Virus record (IMG/VR): IMGVR_UViG_3300027733_000033
From: a virus
Strand: one strand, 5' to 3'
Length of the DNA: 64,000 nt
The number at the start of each line of letters is the position of its first letter. Position 1 is the first letter of the stretch. Position numbers and translations under genes: made by a program. The notes below the pieces were generated by a model. That model saw only the letters and a list, made by a program, of their open reading frames with translations. It did no database searches and had not been told where the DNA came from. Positions 1-9,045 of the stretch are shown piece after piece.

Positions 1-264
1 ATATCTTGGTTGACCAGATTTAGTGATTTTATGCAACAGCACTACGAATTCACAGTCAGGTGATAACAGTTCAGGAATGACTTCAAGTAAATTATCAATT
101 CCATCACATACGCCGTAATACCACGCAAAATCATTTGTTAAAAATTCAGGATCTTTAATATATGATTTAGAACGCTCGAGTGTATGTAACTGAAACGAAT
201 AATCGCTTAGATAAACGCCTTCTTGAAGTTCATTTTCTGTAATCATTGGGTTACTTTTTAACAT
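1..264 (-). CDS. hypothetical early protein, runs off the window edge (MLKSNPMITENELQEGVY...)
   Basis: Manual translation: open frame from ATG 264 to the window edge, GGAG SD, class-1 promoter cassette upstream. Confidence 0.7.
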   Translation of the reverse strand, partial: MLKSNPMITENELQEGVYLSDYSFQLHTLERSKSYIKDPEFLTNDFAWYYGVCDGIDNLLEVIPELLSPDCEFVVLLHKITKSGQPRY

Positions 265-270
265 AATATA

Positions 271-348
271 CACTCCGGATAATTCATTAAGGTTTAACTT
301 CATTAGACTCTATTATACTCGGTTTTTATCAAAAGTAAAGCTTTATTT
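271..348 (-). promoter_or_regulatory. class-1 early promoter cassette (TTTACT-17nt-TATAAT, conserved leader AGAGTCTAATGAAGTTA, GGAG SD)
   Basis: Sigma70-like -35/-10 with 17-nt spacer; 11 near-identical copies in the window. Confidence 0.85.
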
Positions 349-623
349 TAAATTATCTTGACTCTTTTAAAGATTTCTACATCAAGCTCATCGACATTCT
401 TTATAAAGGTATCACCTAAGTCATCATAGATAATTAACGACCAATTTCCCTCAAAATCGATGTGTTCGTCGATATAATTCACTTCTACTTTGTGTCCGTA
501 ATTCCGAATAACAATACGATAATCTTCAATTGGAATACATCTATACCGCTGTCCGTTGGTTTCTTCAGGTACAGGATACGGTTTTAGATAAGGCTTTAAA
601 TCTTTAAATTTTACAGTTTTCAT
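348..623 (-). CDS. hypothetical protein
   Basis: ORF track, 91 aa, on the coding strand. Confidence 0.6.
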   Translation of the reverse strand: MKTVKFKDLKPYLKPYPVPEETNGQRYRCIPIEDYRIVIRNYGHKVEVNYIDEHIDFEGNWSLIIYDDLGDTFIKNVDELDVEIFKRVKII

Positions 624-982
624 TTTAGGGTATATCCAAAATTGTTTTTGTCAAGAATATCTAATTGTTCATCTGTTAGTTTAGCATAGCAACTGAGCGA
701 ATCAACTTGTACTATCTCAAACTCAAATAGAGATAATATCTTAAATACATCTTCGCGGTTTAAAAGTACATATTTCATATTAAAACGAAATGGAAAGCAT
801 ATTCATTGTTACTGAGTGACTTTTAACCTTTCTGAATAAATACGAATTAGCAATGATATAATCAACACTAATATCGTCACCAGAATCATCAATGATGGTC
901 AAAGTTTGCTCAGTTTCAGAATCAATCAAGGTAGCTTTAGCGCCGTTCAATTGAAAGAAATACATTTTACGTTTCATTTTAC

Positions 983-1055
983 TCTCCAAAATAATTAAGG
1001 GATAACTTCATTACGATCTATTATACTAGAATTTTCCCAAAAGTAAAGCTTTTTT
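983..1055 (-). promoter_or_regulatory. class-1 early promoter cassette
   Basis: AAGCTTTACTTTTGGGAAAATTCTAGTATAATAGATCGTAATGAAGTTA on minus strand. Confidence 0.85.
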
Positions 1056-1248
1056 ATTCTTCAATTTCTTCATCTACTGCTAAAATGCTAATTCCATCGC
1101 CGTGTTTAAATATAGCACGTTTCACAGCATCTTCTTTATTTTCAGCTAAAATGCAATCATAACAAATTACGGTAGCTTTGGCGAAAAAATAATCGTATTT
1201 CTCATACTTGACTTCAAAGTTTTTTAAGGCTTTCCAGTTAACCGCCAT
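1054..1248 (-). CDS. hypothetical protein
   Basis: ORF track; GGAG SD. Confidence 0.6.
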   Translation of the reverse strand: MAVNWKALKNFEVKYEKYDYFFAKATVICYDCILAENKEDAVKRAIFKHGDGISILAVDEEIEE

Positions 1249-1257
1249 TTCAATCTC

Positions 1258-1395
1258 CTATTGATCAAGGTTTACCATAAATTCGATTACGCTTTCAACT
1301 TCATCAATTGACAATCCTTCTTCAAAGGCGATTTCGCGAATAGACATATTGTCATAAACATACATACTGTATATTGCTTCATATAATTCTTTCAT
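1258..1395 (-). CDS. small HTH-like protein, 45 aa (MKELYEAIYSMYVYDNMSIREIAFEEGLSIDEVESVIEFMVNLDQ), not in ORF track
   Basis: Manual translation; SD GGAGTG; MSIREIA..GLS..EV helix-turn-helix pattern. Confidence 0.6.
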   Translation of the reverse strand: MKELYEAIYSMYVYDNMSIREIAFEEGLSIDEVESVIEFMVNLDQ

Positions 1396-1400
1396 TTTAA

Positions 1401-1476
1401 CACTCCGATTAATTTAAGGGATAACTTCATTACGATCTATTATACTTGGTTTTATGGAAAAGTAAAGCTTTATTTT
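1401..1476 (-). promoter_or_regulatory. class-1 early promoter cassette
   Basis: Same repeat motif. Confidence 0.85.
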
Positions 1477-1495
1477 ATCTTTTTTAAAAATAAAT

Positions 1496-1771
1496 TTAGA
1501 GCTGGGTATTACACCAAACATGTTTAATTTTCCATTTTTCAAGAATAGGCTTACCGCATTCGTCTTCACCGATGCATATATATGCAACAGTTTTTTTCAC
1601 GTTGGCGAATCTAACAGACCCATCACAAATTGCTATTTCATGTTTAAAGCCGTTTTCGATTCCCCATGCCCCTTGTCCTTCAGCCTTTCCTTCGCTAACT
1701 CTGTATTCAAAATTAGCAAACCCGTTATAGAACAAACCACCATTTTCAACAGTACCTTTAAAATAAGACAT
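1496..1771 (-). CDS. hypothetical early protein
   Basis: ORF track; likely start MSYFKG after GGAG SD. Confidence 0.65.
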   Translation of the reverse strand: MSYFKGTVENGGLFYNGFANFEYRVSEGKAEGQGAWGIENGFKHEIAICDGSVRFANVKKTVAYICIGEDECGKPILEKWKIKHVWCNTQL

Positions 1772-1777
1772 TTTCAA

Positions 1778-1850
1778 CTCCAATTTAATTACGGTTTAAC
1801 TTCATTAGACTCTATTATACTATGTTTTTTCCAAAAGTAAAGCTTTATTT
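1778..1850 (-). promoter_or_regulatory. class-1 early promoter cassette
   Basis: Same repeat motif. Confidence 0.85.
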
Positions 1851-1880
1851 TATCTTTTTTAAAAATAAATTTTATGCGTG

Positions 1881-1905
1881 AAAAAGCCGGCTTCGCGCCG
1901 GCTTT
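1881..1905 (-). terminator. rho-independent terminator (AAAGCCGGC stem, U-tract on minus strand)
   Basis: GC hairpin then T-run, just upstream of a class-1 promoter. Confidence 0.8.
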
Positions 1906-1910
1906 AGTTG

Positions 1911-2126
1911 TTATCTAGGTTGATTACCCAGGAAGTCAGCATATTTTGAGATAGTATGGTCTTCATCCTCTTTAATCATTTTATTGAAGATCCCAGTAAT
2001 ATAATCGAATTCTTCCTCATGCCCTGAATCTTTAGCTAGGGATTTTGCTTTATCCCAATATTTCTCCAGTTTGGCAATTGGAATATTTTTCTCTTTCGAG
2101 ATTTTAGACATGTAAGCTGTAGGCAT
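1911..2126 (-). CDS. small helical phage protein (possibly ChaB-like)
   Basis: LEKYWDKAK...YITGIFNKM pattern recalled from small phage virion proteins; family call weak. Confidence 0.4.
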   Translation of the reverse strand: MPTAYMSKISKEKNIPIAKLEKYWDKAKSLAKDSGHEEEFDYITGIFNKMIKEDEDHTISKYADFLGNQPR

Positions 2127-2128
2127 TA

Positions 2129-2506
2129 TTACCCTATAAATTTGGTCAAATCTGGTTTAAAGTAAGATGCAGGTTTCATAATTTTACCTGCTTCATTTTT
2201 GATTGCCTTACCCGTATCTGGGTCAAGCTTACTGAGGTTTGACGCCGCGACTTCTTTCCAAGCACTATCAAAATCATATCCCGCCGCGATGCAATATCCA
2301 ATAATCACCCATACGGTATCAACCAACCCGTCCAAAGTTTCAATCGGGTCATTATTATTAACACCGTCAATAAACTCTGCGTATTCTTCCGCGATTAAGT
2401 CTTTATACAGATTAACCAATTCTGGACTCGGAATTTGCTCCCCACCGTCCATAAACGTTTTTACATCACCAAATAAATTAGGGTGGATATCACATTTACA
2501 TGCCAT
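2129..2506 (-). CDS. MazG-superfamily (PRA-PH-like) nucleotide pyrophosphohydrolase
   Basis: LIAEEYAEF...ETLDGLVD...EVAASNLSK...GKIMKP motifs. Confidence 0.85.
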   Translation of the reverse strand: MACKCDIHPNLFGDVKTFMDGGEQIPSPELVNLYKDLIAEEYAEFIDGVNNNDPIETLDGLVDTVWVIIGYCIAAGYDFDSAWKEVAASNLSKLDPDTGKAIKNEAGKIMKPASYFKPDLTKFIG

Positions 2507-2979
2507 TATTGTTTTCCTTCAATTTTATAAACAAGTTTTGCCGCTATATAGCCGCCCGTAAATGGCGAATAATACATAACCTTTTCATTCATTCTAAATG
2601 GACCAAAATAGCCGTCTACTTTCGTATAGCCGTCTACCATAGCATTTTCACTATTTAACACTCTTTCGTAGTGTAATCTCATTTTAACCCTTCTGGTATT
2701 TGTACACAAAATCATTTTGTTGTAAATAATTTACCATCACTTCTTCCATGTCAAAATTTGTTCGCACAGTTAATACTTGGGAATACACGCTGTTAGATAA
2801 GCATTTATTCCAATTTTCCCAACCCTTTCCCTTTGCTACAGTTTCACCATCCGTTGGTAAAAGCTTTTCTTCAAAAACCGCCGGCGCTATTTTATCTCCT
2901 ACGCGAACAGTTTTATTTTCTAAATCAAATACATGTTCTTGAAATAACTTATTCAAGAACGTAGAACATTTTAGAATAA

Positions 2980-3753
2980 TCATATTATAATTCGCTTAAA
3001 TTTGAAGTCGATAGAAGTTTCTTCGAAAGGATAACCCCGAGAATTATTTAGTAACGTACATCCATTGATGACAGGTGTTTTTGGATTATGTTGATGACCA
3101 AAAATAGCATAATCAAACATACTAAGCATAGAATCTAAGTTAGAACCAAATAGTCCATTCATAGTCCAATAGTCTTTATATTTATCTTCAGTAGTTTGAA
3201 ACGATGGAGAATGGTGCGTTACTAATATCACATTATCATACCCCATTTTGTCTACTTGAGTTACCCATTTGACAAAGTGTTTATGGCGTTCTAATATATT
3301 ACTGGAGGAAATAAGCTCACCATTATCGCGAATTCTACTATAGTCAGCAATTAGGCGGTTAGCCGTATATAACGTTGCTGGGTTCTCTTCATTAAAATTC
3401 GTCCATAACGTACCGCCTATGAATAATACATTATCTATAACGAGTGTATTGCCGTCTAAAATATGAACGTTGGTATATTTACTCAGTAATTTTTTTAGAG
3501 TCGTCACGGACGTTGAAAGATCCCCACCGTAGTATTCATGATTCCCCATAACCATAATGATGTTTTTGAATAACGCGGTTACTTTATCAAAAAAGTCATA
3601 CTCTACGGCAAACCCTGAATTAGCATCAAGCTCGAACAATTTAACATTTAAGATATCGCCTGCTAAAACTAACACATCACCACTAGGTGTATTTTCTGGG
3701 ATATCATAGGGTTCCCATTCATTATGTAGGTCAGACGCATATGCAATAATCAT
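2980..3753 (-). CDS. calcineurin-like metallophosphoesterase
   Basis: SDLH, LAGD, GNHE, THH, FGHQH motifs. Confidence 0.9.
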   Translation of the reverse strand: MIIAYASDLHNEWEPYDIPENTPSGDVLVLAGDILNVKLFELDANSGFAVEYDFFDKVTALFKNIIMVMGNHEYYGGDLSTSVTTLKKLLSKYTNVHILDGNTLVIDNVLFIGGTLWTNFNEENPATLYTANRLIADYSRIRDNGELISSSNILERHKHFVKWVTQVDKMGYDNVILVTHHSPSFQTTEDKYKDYWTMNGLFGSNLDSMLSMFDYAIFGHQHNPKTPVINGCTLLNNSRGYPFEETSIDFKFKRIII

Positions 3754-3757
3754 AATA

Positions 3758-3904
3758 TCACTCGCTAGGTTTTACCGGTTTTTCTTCTTTGGGTTCTTCT
3801 TTGGGTTTCTTGAATATTTTATCCCAATTATCTTCAAACTTTTGTCTAGATACTGCCATTGGTCTAGAATTATCGCCTTTACCGCCTTCCCACTGTTTTG
3901 CCAT
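3758..3904 (-). CDS. small phage protein, 48 aa (MAKQWEGGKGDNSRPMAVSRQKFEDNWDKIF...), not in ORF track
   Basis: Manual translation; GGAG SD; GKG..RP...F..NWD.IF pattern recalled from T4-like phages. Confidence 0.6.
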   Translation of the reverse strand: MAKQWEGGKGDNSRPMAVSRQKFEDNWDKIFKKPKEEPKEEKPVKPSE

Positions 3905-3906
3905 AC

Positions 3907-4326
3907 TTAACTCCCTAATGTGATAACATTCACATTATTTTCTGTTAAAAAATTAATTCCATCATCAGAACGATAGGCGTTTTTATAATACACCGTTGAA
4001 ATACCCGCGCCTTGTATTAATTTAGCGCATTGTAAACAAGGAGAGTGTGTTAAGAAAATAGTTGCCCCTTCAGACGATTCATTAGATTTTGCTAATTTTG
4101 CGATAAGATTACCCTCAGCATGTATGACGTAAGGGAAAGTCATACCGTTTTCATCTTCACATTGGTTTGATGAACCCGCCGTTGTACCGTTATATCCTTC
4201 AGAAATGATTCTGCCATTTTTAACCGCTATGGCACCAACCTTTAATTTATTTGCCGTAGATAGTTGCGCGGTTAACTCCGCAATTCCCATATAGTACGCA
4301 ATAAATTTAGGCTTCATCTTCATCAA
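3907..4326 (-). CDS. cd: dCMP deaminase
   Basis: GYNG, HAE and PCxxC zinc-deaminase motifs. Confidence 0.92.
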   Translation of the reverse strand: MMKMKPKFIAYYMGIAELTAQLSTANKLKVGAIAVKNGRIISEGYNGTTAGSSNQCEDENGMTFPYVIHAEGNLIAKLAKSNESSEGATIFLTHSPCLQCAKLIQGAGISTVYYKNAYRSDDGINFLTENNVNVITLGS

Positions 4327-4406
4327 TATCCTGTATTTCTAAATCAAGTTCAATTTCAAATTCGTATTCAAAAAACCACGTATTACTTCCAGCATAATAT
4401 ATCACA

Positions 4407-4589
4407 TTAGTCACCTTTATTTAATCTTGCCAATTTGGCTTCCCAAGTAGATATGAACCATTCAATATGGCTATCTTCCCACCCGTTATTATCTATAGTC
4501 GGCTTTGGTAAGTAACCAGAGTAGATAGCCATATCTACTTGGGTTCTGGTTACTTTTAGCCGGTTAACAATATCATTAATTGTAATCAT
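4407..4589 (-). CDS. small HTH DNA-binding protein (AlpA/excisionase-like)
   Basis: ITINDIVNRLKVTRTQV...GYLPKP...W pattern. Confidence 0.5.
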   Translation of the reverse strand: MITINDIVNRLKVTRTQVDMAIYSGYLPKPTIDNNGWEDSHIEWFISTWEAKLARLNKGD

Positions 4590-4597
4590 TTTACACC

Positions 4598-4990
4598 TTA
4601 GTTATCTCTAACAACGCGAACATAACAAAAAGCCGTTTTGCCATAGTAATCCTTAATACCACTATCAAATTCATATTGCCAAGAAGAACGATAGTCAAAT
4701 TCTGTACTAGACCAATAACCTTCTTTTTCAAAATCATTTTCAGATTTATAAATTAAATCTAATTCTTCTATAGTAGGTAAACGCCAGCCGTCACCTAACA
4801 ATTCTACATATTCAATCGCATCATACCAAGTTGATGGTTCTTCTGTTCTTTTATTCGCAACTTCAAAGGGTAAAGAGGATTTTGGTTTAACGCCTTTTAA
4901 TGCTTCTATTCTAACAAAAAACTCATCACTCAAAGGCTTAACCGCAGATGATTCCAATAACGTCAAAAATGCTAATTCAGTTTCATTCAT
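4598..4990 (-). CDS. DUF1566/Lcl-type (C-type-lectin fold) domain protein
   Basis: W.DA..Y...GWRLPT.EEL, YWSSTE, VRVVR motifs; likely start MNETE. Confidence 0.75.
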   Translation of the reverse strand: MNETELAFLTLLESSAVKPLSDEFFVRIEALKGVKPKSSLPFEVANKRTEEPSTWYDAIEYVELLGDGWRLPTIEELDLIYKSENDFEKEGYWSSTEFDYRSSWQYEFDSGIKDYYGKTAFCYVRVVRDN

Positions 4991-5000
4991 AATATAATTC

Positions 5001-5159
5001 CTATTCTTGGCAATCTTGAGCGCTACGGGTTGACCAACCGCGACCACGTTCTTCTTTCATACGAACCATTTGGTCAATGACTTCAGGGTCTTTAAGCAAT
5101 TTTTCAAATTCAACTTGAGGATCGTACATTTCGCCGGTAACTCTATCTTTAACTAACAT
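5001..5159 (-). CDS. small early protein, 52 aa (MLVKDRVTGEMYDPQVEFEKLLKDPEVIDQMVRMKEE...), not in ORF track
   Basis: Manual translation; first gene after a class-1 cassette; SD GGAGTG. Confidence 0.65.
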   Translation of the reverse strand: MLVKDRVTGEMYDPQVEFEKLLKDPEVIDQMVRMKEERGRGWSTRSAQDCQE

Positions 5160-5165
5160 ATCAAA

Positions 5166-5242
5166 CACTCCAACAATAATTTATAGGTTAACTTCATTAG
5201 ACTCTATTATACTTGATTATTTCTAAAAGTAAAGCTTTATTT
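5166..5242 (-). promoter_or_regulatory. class-1 early promoter cassette
   Basis: Same repeat motif. Confidence 0.85.
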
Positions 5243-5260
5243 TAAATTATTTTTGGTAAT

Positions 5261-5284
5261 AAAAAACCGGCACGAAGCCGGTTT
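5261..5284 (-). terminator. rho-independent terminator after uvsW C-fragment
   Basis: AAACCGGC/GCCGGTTT stem plus T-run on minus strand. Confidence 0.8.
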
Positions 5285-5287
5285 AGT

Positions 5288-5608
5288 TTACAAATCTACT
5301 GGGATAAGTTTGAATTTAAACTTTTCCTTTGAGTAAATTTTAATTCTTTCATCAAAGTGATTCAACGTATGATTGCGATGACTTTTACCCGTAGATAAAT
5401 TATCAGACAAGTCATAAAGATTACAGACAGTTTTTCCTTCGTTTAGCCGTAAGCCGCGCCCAATACTTTGTAAGACGCGAATCATAGATTTACTAGGAGA
5501 AGCAAATATGATATTATCAATAGAAGGAATTGATACCCCTGTTGATAAAACCCCGTAAGATGCTACGATAATATCGCCTTTGATGTTTTCAATTTTTGTT
5601 GGTTGCAT
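5288..5608 (-). CDS. uvsW: UvsW helicase, C-terminal fragment (motifs V-VI)
   Basis: IIVASYGVLSTGVSI...RVLQSIGRGLR...NHTLNHFDERIKIYSKEKF matches the C-terminus of T4-type UvsW. Confidence 0.9.
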   Translation of the reverse strand: MQPTKIENIKGDIIVASYGVLSTGVSIPSIDNIIFASPSKSMIRVLQSIGRGLRLNEGKTVCNLYDLSDNLSTGKSHRNHTLNHFDERIKIYSKEKFKFKLIPVDL

Positions 5609-5610
5609 AA

Positions 5611-5649
5611 TAATCTCCGTTGAAGTATTACCTTATTTAACGGAGATTA
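5611..5649 (-). promoter_or_regulatory. SD-occluding hairpin with late-promoter TAAATA in the loop (uvsW-C leader)
   Basis: Perfect 11-bp IR TAATCTCCGTT/AACGGAGATTA; GGAG in the 3' arm; TAAATA at 5634-5639. Confidence 0.75.
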
Positions 5650-5802
5650 AGATTTCTTTTTAGTCAGACATTCTTTTCCTGGTCCAATGGGACACTCGTC
5701 AGGATCTTCGAGTGTCTCATCACTTTTCAGTTGAACATCTTCTTGTTTACATTTTTTGGCTTCCGCTAAGGTTAACGCCTTATAATCAAGAAAAGATAAC
5801 AT
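5647..5802 (-). CDS. small putative internal head protein, 51 aa (MLSFLDYKALTLAE-AKKCKQED...), not in ORF track
   Basis: Manual translation; N-terminus parallels the two upstream genes and the T4 capsid-targeting sequence. Confidence 0.65.
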   Translation of the reverse strand: MLSFLDYKALTLAEAKKCKQEDVQLKSDETLEDPDECPIGPGKECLTKKKS

Positions 5803-5804
5803 AA

Positions 5805-6812
5805 CTATTTTTTAGCCTTAGAATCACACGATTCTTCACATTCTTCGTCATCTTCTTCTTCATCTTCATCTTCATCTTCTTCTTCAGCGTCATCTTCCTT
5901 TACAGGTTTCATAGCGCATTTTTCATCTAACTTAGCAAGCAAACTTTCCAAAACTTCGTTTTCTTCTTTGGTTAGTTTACCGGCGGCTGTTTTTTTCTTT
6001 GCACGAAGTAATTTGAAATCTTCAGCATCAAGTTCGCCGCTACCGTTAGCGTCTAATTTTTTATGGTTTGGGTGAGCAAACTTTTCATCAAGGTCTTCTT
6101 TAACAGCTTTGATTTGCTTTTTGCTTGCAGTAATGGCTTCATTATCGCCATGGAAAATTGTATAAGTAGGATCCGTATCACCTTTGAATTTTCTACTAAT
6201 TTCTCCAATATGACCGGTAATTCCTGCACCAGTGCCTTTATGAATAGTTACCTTATTTCCAATTTTATGTGCTTCATCAAGGTCTTCTTTAACATGACCA
6301 CCAGCTGGTTGTCTATAATATTTGACAGTACCTTTTTTGGCATCATGAATTGCAACTAATCCTGGAAGATTATGTTCAACTTGACCTCCGTCGTTTGCAA
6401 CCATTGCACTTGATTTTTTACCTAGACTATCAGTTTTTGATAGAACTTCTCTAAAATTCTTAGTACCATGTTCTTTTTCGTGATCAAGTCTCTTTTTAAG
6501 AATTGCATCATGTTCATCTTTACTAATCTGAACAAACCCCTTTGGTTTGCTAAATGTAGCAGCTTCATTCAGAGAAGATTCATCTAATATAACTTTATCA
6601 TCTATTGCAATAGATTTTAATTTTTTTGCAATAGATTCTGCTGATTTATTGTCGTTATGTTTTTTATAATATTCATAATCGCCAATATCCGCCATTATAT
6701 TGTCATGGTTAGAATAATGTTTTTTAATCGCAAGAAGCTGTTCTTTACTGAGTCCTTCATTCAGAGAAGATTCGGCTAATACCTTTTCTTTGAATTGAGC
6801 AAATGTTAACAT
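5805..6812 (-). CDS. putative internal head polyprotein B (targeting-like N-terminus, LNE/LDE linkers, acidic tail)
   Basis: MLTFAQFKEKVLAE; ESSLNE x2, VKEDLDE x2; KOW-like and EF-hand-like (LDANGSGELDAEDF) segments. Confidence 0.75.
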   Translation of the reverse strand: MLTFAQFKEKVLAESSLNEGLSKEQLLAIKKHYSNHDNIMADIGDYEYYKKHNDNKSAESIAKKLKSIAIDDKVILDESSLNEAATFSKPKGFVQISKDEHDAILKKRLDHEKEHGTKNFREVLSKTDSLGKKSSAMVANDGGQVEHNLPGLVAIHDAKKGTVKYYRQPAGGHVKEDLDEAHKIGNKVTIHKGTGAGITGHIGEISRKFKGDTDPTYTIFHGDNEAITASKKQIKAVKEDLDEKFAHPNHKKLDANGSGELDAEDFKLLRAKKKTAAGKLTKEENEVLESLLAKLDEKCAMKPVKEDDAEEEDEDEDEEEDDEECEESCDSKAKK

Positions 6813-6813
6813 C

Positions 6814-7611
6814 TTAATCCTCTAATTTAGCTAATAGGCTTTCTAAAACTTCGACTTCTTCTTTAGTCAATTTTTTATCAAATTTAGACGGGCGGCTTTT
6901 CAATGCTTGATCTTCTTCCCAGTCTTTTTGGCTTACATAATGTTTAGATTTTTCGTCAGCTTTGCCATTGTATTTTTTGTCAAATTTAGAAGGACGACTT
7001 TTTAAAGCTTGGTCTTCTTCCCAATCTTTTTGGTTAACGTGAACTTCGTCTAAAGATTCTAATGAATATTCTATAACATCATAGCCTTCTTTAACACCTT
7101 TGACTTCAGATACTTTGTATTTGATGCCATAATATTTTTTTTCGCCAGGAGACAATCCTTTGTTTAAACGTTTAGCATGAGCGGCGGCATCTTCTTTGGT
7201 TTCATGAGTTTTAACATGAGTTGGTCCACCACTTCCGATAGAACCACCATGTCTATGAACAGCAAACGCTTCATCTAATTCTTCTTCGTCTAATTTAGCT
7301 AATAGGCTTTCTAAAACTTCAATTTCTTCTTTTTGAAGTTTTTTGTAAGCAACATTCATACCTTTAACTCTTTTGGCTTTAGTTGCTCTAGCTTTTTCTT
7401 CATCAGATTCGCCGCTTTTAATTTTACTAGCATTAAAACTGTTAAGACCTGCTCTTTGTTTTCTAGCAGCTCCTTCAATATCTCTTTGTGCATGAAACGC
7501 GCTGTCCGCAGATTTTTTCATGTAAGAACCAAGCGTACCTTTAGATAATTCGTCTAATTGCTCTACTGATTCTGCTAATACCGCTTCCTTGAATTCATTG
7601 TAAGATAGCAT
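6814..7611 (-). CDS. putative internal head polyprotein A
   Basis: Start MLSYNEFKEAVLAE at 7611 with AAGGA SD; LDE linkers; KEExEVLESLLAKL x2; QKDWEEDQALKSRPSKFDKK x2. Confidence 0.75.
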   Translation of the reverse strand: MLSYNEFKEAVLAESVEQLDELSKGTLGSYMKKSADSAFHAQRDIEGAARKQRAGLNSFNASKIKSGESDEEKARATKAKRVKGMNVAYKKLQKEEIEVLESLLAKLDEEELDEAFAVHRHGGSIGSGGPTHVKTHETKEDAAAHAKRLNKGLSPGEKKYYGIKYKVSEVKGVKEGYDVIEYSLESLDEVHVNQKDWEEDQALKSRPSKFDKKYNGKADEKSKHYVSQKDWEEDQALKSRPSKFDKKLTKEEVEVLESLLAKLED

Positions 7612-8080
7612 CTTTTTTTCCTTTCTTTGGTTTGATGATTTGTGGTTTAACGTATCCCTCAGGGAAATGCGGCATAGGGAAAAACCCTGCTTCAACTATT
7701 TTCTCAAGAGTGATGTTTGGATAATCAGTTTCAAGAATCTGATCTTTTACTAATACTAACACCCGCGCTTCGTCTTTATGCATATTCTCGAGAGTCTGAA
7801 TAAACAAAATTTCTCTACGTGCACTTTTAACAGCGGGATTACAAAATTTCTCTAATCTTTTAGCTTCATAGGTTAAATTCGTTGGAGTCGTACCAATTGG
7901 TGATACGTTCTCTTTATAAGGACATTCCCCGCGTGGAAGTAAGAATAATGCTTTTGGGATATAACCATAGCCAAAAATAAATTTTAAGGCGTTATTATCT
8001 AAGTGTTGCTTCAAGGCTGCTATAGTATCTTTAGCAGAATTAATGTCTTTCAAAATCTCTGGGATAGTTTGTTGGCTCAT
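7595..8080 (-). CDS. conserved T4-like hypothetical protein
   Basis: LPRGECPYK...RREILFIQTLENMHKDEA.VLVLVKD pattern recalled from ORFs next to rnh in T4-like genomes. Confidence 0.65.
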   Translation of the reverse strand: MSQQTIPEILKDINSAKDTIAALKQHLDNNALKFIFGYGYIPKALFLLPRGECPYKENVSPIGTTPTNLTYEAKRLEKFCNPAVKSARREILFIQTLENMHKDEARVLVLVKDQILETDYPNITLEKIVEAGFFPMPHFPEGYVKPQIIKPKKGKKDAILQ

Positions 8081-8106
8081 TTGAATCTCATATAGTTTAA
8101 CATATA

Positions 8107-8115
8107 TTATTTAGT
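8107..8115 (-). promoter_or_regulatory. T4-type late promoter (ACTAAATAA)
   Basis: Same (c/a)TAAATA motif precedes gp13, gp18 and gp22 in this window. Confidence 0.7.
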
Positions 8116-8142
8116 TTATTTCATTTTGCACGACAGCTAAAA

Positions 8143-9042
8143 TCATTTAAAACTTTCGACTTCGTCCAACAGCAATCTGCAGTTATTTTTCATAAAATAC
8201 TCCATAATTCCGTTCAAATCACACTTAGGTTTTAACCCGTTAAACTCATCTAGAATTTTAGTTTCAACCCATTCTGGAATTTTATCAAGGTTAACTAATA
8301 GCTCGTTTCGTTGCCAGTTTCTACGTTCTTCATCGTTACGACAAGCTTCATACCCTAACTCTAGGAATTCGTCTAATCTTTTTCTTGATACCGGCGTTTG
8401 TCTAATGCCATTAACAAAACAGTCGTCACGACTAAAGATATTCGGCACACCATCGCCACCATCACCTCTGACCGTATGTTCTAGCAGTTTAGCCTTAACT
8501 TCTTTTTGTGTAGCAACAATAGCCTTTTTTGTCATATAGCTCCATTGTGATACATTTTTGTATTTTTGAAGTTGAATAAAGTCATTATCCGCTGAAATAA
8601 TCATATACGGCTTAGGGTCGGCGTCAAAAAATGAATCACCGATATCATTAGTTTGGCTCCACTTAGCTAAGACTGAGATGATATCATCCGCTTCAGCTTC
8701 TTGAATCTCGATGACTTTGAAAGGAAATGTTTCTGATAACTCTTTTTTGACAGTTTCCAAAGCCGAAAACAAACCCGCCCAGTTAATATCAGAGTTATCC
8801 CTACTTTTTTTCCTGTTAGCCTTATAGTGTTCAAAAACTTCCTTTCTCCAGTATTTTCTTCCATCGCACGCAATTACAACTTCTCCATATTTTTTACCGT
8901 ATTTTTTCTTGTAAGATAGTATCGTCGACAAAATAGTATGCCGCGCTAAATCCGTAATTTTTTCATCACTCGAATTCTGCAAATCAGATTTAAATGCTAA
9001 AATGTTTGAAATCGCACAACCCGAAAAATCTATAATAATCAT
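8143..9042 (-). CDS. rnh: RNase H / 5'-3' exonuclease
   Basis: IIIDFS, YWRK..F.HYKANRKKSR, EADDII, ISADNDFIQLQ, GDGGDGVPN motifs. Confidence 0.93.
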   Translation of the reverse strand: MIIIDFSGCAISNILAFKSDLQNSSDEKITDLARHTILSTILSYKKKYGKKYGEVVIACDGRKYWRKEVFEHYKANRKKSRDNSDINWAGLFSALETVKKELSETFPFKVIEIQEAEADDIISVLAKWSQTNDIGDSFFDADPKPYMIISADNDFIQLQKYKNVSQWSYMTKKAIVATQKEVKAKLLEHTVRGDGGDGVPNIFSRDDCFVNGIRQTPVSRKRLDEFLELGYEACRNDEERRNWQRNELLVNLDKIPEWVETKILDEFNGLKPKCDLNGIMEYFMKNNCRLLLDEVESFK

Positions 9043-9045
9043 TTT

